Below are positions 61,883 through 64,000 of a DNA stretch of 64,000 bases, piece by piece (position 1 is the first letter of the stretch; the number at the start of each line of letters is the position of its first letter). The stretch comes from Selaginella moellendorffii (Eukaryota; Plantae; Lycopodiophyta), in assembly GCF_000143415.4 (NCBI RefSeq), contig NW_003314290.1:62001-126000 (forward strand). Direction: 5' to 3'. A program made the translations under genes and the position numbers. The notes under the pieces were generated by a model. It had not been told where the DNA came from. It saw nothing but the letters and a program-made list of their open reading frames with translations, and did not search any database.

Positions 61883-63877
61883 TCAGTTCTTTGAATGTAG
61901 GATCATATCCATCACCAGCAAGTGAGAGGCAGGATCATCATAATCCACCTCGTGAAGTCCCCTCGCAGCTCGTATCCCTTGCGTGACTCTAGAGTGCAAT
62001 CTACACGCTCCAAGAAACGCCCCCCAGGAAGCTCCGTCCGCCAGCCAAGGCATCACTTGGATCAAAGCCTCGGCCCGCTCCGTGTGCCCGGACTTCCCGA
62101 GAATGTCAATCAAACAGCAGTAGTGCTCCTGCCGAGGAGTGATCCCGTAATCGCTTTCCATGGACCGGAAGAAGCAGCACCCTTGTTCGAGCATTCCTTC
62201 GTGGCTACAAGCTCCTAGAACGCTCAACAAGCTCGTAGTATCCGGCTCCAAGCCCTCTTGCTCCATCCTCCTGAAGAGCTCCAGCGATCTTTTCCCGTGA
62301 CCAAGCGCAACCACCATCGTCGTCCACGAAACTAGATCTTTCATTGGCATTTTTTCAAAGAACTGGCTCGCTAGCCCGGCTTGGGCATACCCTTTCAGCA
62401 TTATATTCCATGCAAACATGCCCTTCTCGGGCATATCCTCCCAAATGCCATGAGCCTTGAGAAGATTCCCTGACCCGACGAGCATCTCCAGAACTATTGT
62501 CCATGATACCAAATTCACATCTACCATCGATTTGAACATAGCCATGCCTTCCTCTATACATCCACTTCTTACAAAAGCGTGAAGTAAAGCATTATTTACT
62601 TTGGCATTATGTATGGGCATCTTATCATACATGGATTTGGCCATCTCTAAGTCACCATTCTGCGAATATGCGGTGACCATAGACGTACACGCGACTAAGC
62701 TTTGACTGGGCATCCGGTCAAACATAGTCTTTGCTTTGATCACGTTGCCACTCCTTGCGTAGGAAGCCAGCATGACGTTCCAACAGATTAAGTTCCATTC
62801 GGGCATATTTTCAAAGAATGTGATCTCTGCTTGTTTTTCGTTTAAGGCTGCTAGCAATGTAGTCCATGAGACAATGTCATGTTGGGGCATAGAGTGAAAA
62901 ACCCTTTTGGCGGTATCTATTTCGTTCGCATGAGAATATGCGTGGAGCAATGCTGCCCATGAAACAATGTCCCTCTCAGGCATGGAATCAAACAGTTCCT
63001 GAGCCTGATAGATATGCCCGTTTCGGGCATATTCTGAAAGGAGTATATTCCAGGACCTGAGATCCCATTGAGGAATCTGTCTAAAAAGGAGAACTGCCCG
63101 TGATTCATGTGCCTCACAGTAAGCTTGCAAAAGTATATTCCAAGCGAGAACAGTGTTGTGAGGCATTGAGTCGAAGACTTGTTTAGCTCCACTTAGATGC
63201 CCAGCACGGGTATATACTTGAAGGATTGTTATCCAAGATACAAGATTCCTTTCTGGCATTGCGTCAAAGGTTTCTGATGCTGCGGGAATGTTTCCAAGCT
63301 GGAAATATGCTGCAAGCATGGAGTTCCAAGATGCTAGATTCTTTTGTGGCATTTGTTCGAAGAGAATCTTGGCTGACTCAACATCACAGTTTCGACAATA
63401 GGCCGAAATCATAGTGTTGTATGAAACAACACTCCGATCTGGAAGTCCATCGAAAAGGGATTTGACCTCACTGAACTGGTCATTTTGTGAATATGCCGAT
63501 ATCAACGAGTTCCAAGAAACTACACTCCAAAAGGGCATCTTATCAAAAATATCCTTTGCTCCATTTAAATCCCCACTTTCTGCATAGGCCGCCAACATCG
63601 CATTCCACGAAACCTCATTCCGATCCGGCATTACATCAAAAAGATGCTTCGATTTAAGAAAATGCCTCTCTTGGGCATATGCCGAGAGCATTGTGTTCCA
63701 CGATACTATGCTCTTATGTGGAATGGAATTAAAACAAATTTCCGCCCCTCGTATATTCCCGTTCCTAGAATAAGCGGCTAAAAGTTTATTCCATGAAATG
63801 GTATCTTCTGGATTTGCAGGCACACACACGCACTCGATCTTTTCTAGATGCCCATTGTGGGCATAATTCGTAGACAT
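61883..63877 (-). CDS. PLS-class PPR protein with E domain and no DYW (664 aa, intronless), probable organellar RNA-editing factor
   Basis: Long run of 31-aa SS-type motifs (VSWNxMLxAYA..G....A...FD.MP), then VLGACSHEG, EHYCCLIDILGKSG and WGAFLGACRLH. Confidence 0.92.
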   Translation of the reverse strand: MSTNYAHNGHLEKIECVCVPANPEDTISWNKLLAAYSRNGNIRGAEICFNSIPHKSIVSWNTMLSAYAQERHFLKSKHLFDVMPDRNEVSWNAMLAAYAESGDLNGAKDIFDKMPFWSVVSWNSLISAYSQNDQFSEVKSLFDGLPDRSVVSYNTMISAYCRNCDVESAKILFEQMPQKNLASWNSMLAAYFQLGNIPAASETFDAMPERNLVSWITILQVYTRAGHLSGAKQVFDSMPHNTVLAWNILLQAYCEAHESRAVLLFRQIPQWDLRSWNILLSEYARNGHIYQAQELFDSMPERDIVSWAALLHAYSHANEIDTAKRVFHSMPQHDIVSWTTLLAALNEKQAEITFFENMPEWNLICWNVMLASYARSGNVIKAKTMFDRMPSQSLVACTSMVTAYSQNGDLEMAKSMYDKMPIHNAKVNNALLHAFVRSGCIEEGMAMFKSMVDVNLVSWTIVLEMLVGSGNLLKAHGIWEDMPEKGMFAWNIMLKGYAQAGLASQFFEKMPMKDLVSWTTMVVALGHGKRSLELFRRMEQEGLEPDTTSLLSVLGACSHEGMLEQGCCFFRSMESDYGITPRQEHYCCLIDILGKSGHTERAEALIQVMPWLADGASWGAFLGACRLHSRVTQGIRAARGLHEVDYDDPASHLLVMDMILHSKN

Positions 63878-64000
63878 TGAGAATTTGGAGCTTGCAATAA
63901 AGTCAAAACTGGCACTAAAATATAATAGTTAAAATAGATTAATACGGTATTGCGTTTGTTTTTAAAAATGTGGCCCATTTAAATCGACGGTAGAGATTGG

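Overview
Gene-dense plant nuclear DNA with very short GT-AG introns (about 45-65 nt). It is most consistent with a lycophyte such as Selaginella; this is inferred from intron size, SS-type PPR arrays and CVNH lectin genes. From 0.8 to 14.6 kb and 32 to 43.7 kb are conserved genes: PIG-W/GWT1, DET1, an Mx/DRP4-like dynamin with a frameshift, a SUB1-like protein, IMPL1, a P-class PPR, a chloroplast DnaJ, a MUS/MUL-like LRR-RLK, SDH5 and a cyclase-like protein. The 15-32 kb region is accessory. It holds an intact AT-rich secreted cyanovirin-N-homolog (CVNH) gene with a broken paralog, and an unrecognised ~977-aa membrane-anchored repeat protein whose 8 introns are all phase 1. It also holds PPR and RseP/ARASP debris and degenerate copies of genes found elsewhere in this window. 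From 44 to 59.5 kb is a decayed Ty3/gypsy element with nested insertions, including a 1.7-kb LTR family carrying expanding 11/12-mer arrays (one solo LTR with a perfect 5-bp TSD, one inverted self-insertion). A PLS-E PPR gene closes the window. All family assignments are by recognition of motifs, not database search.
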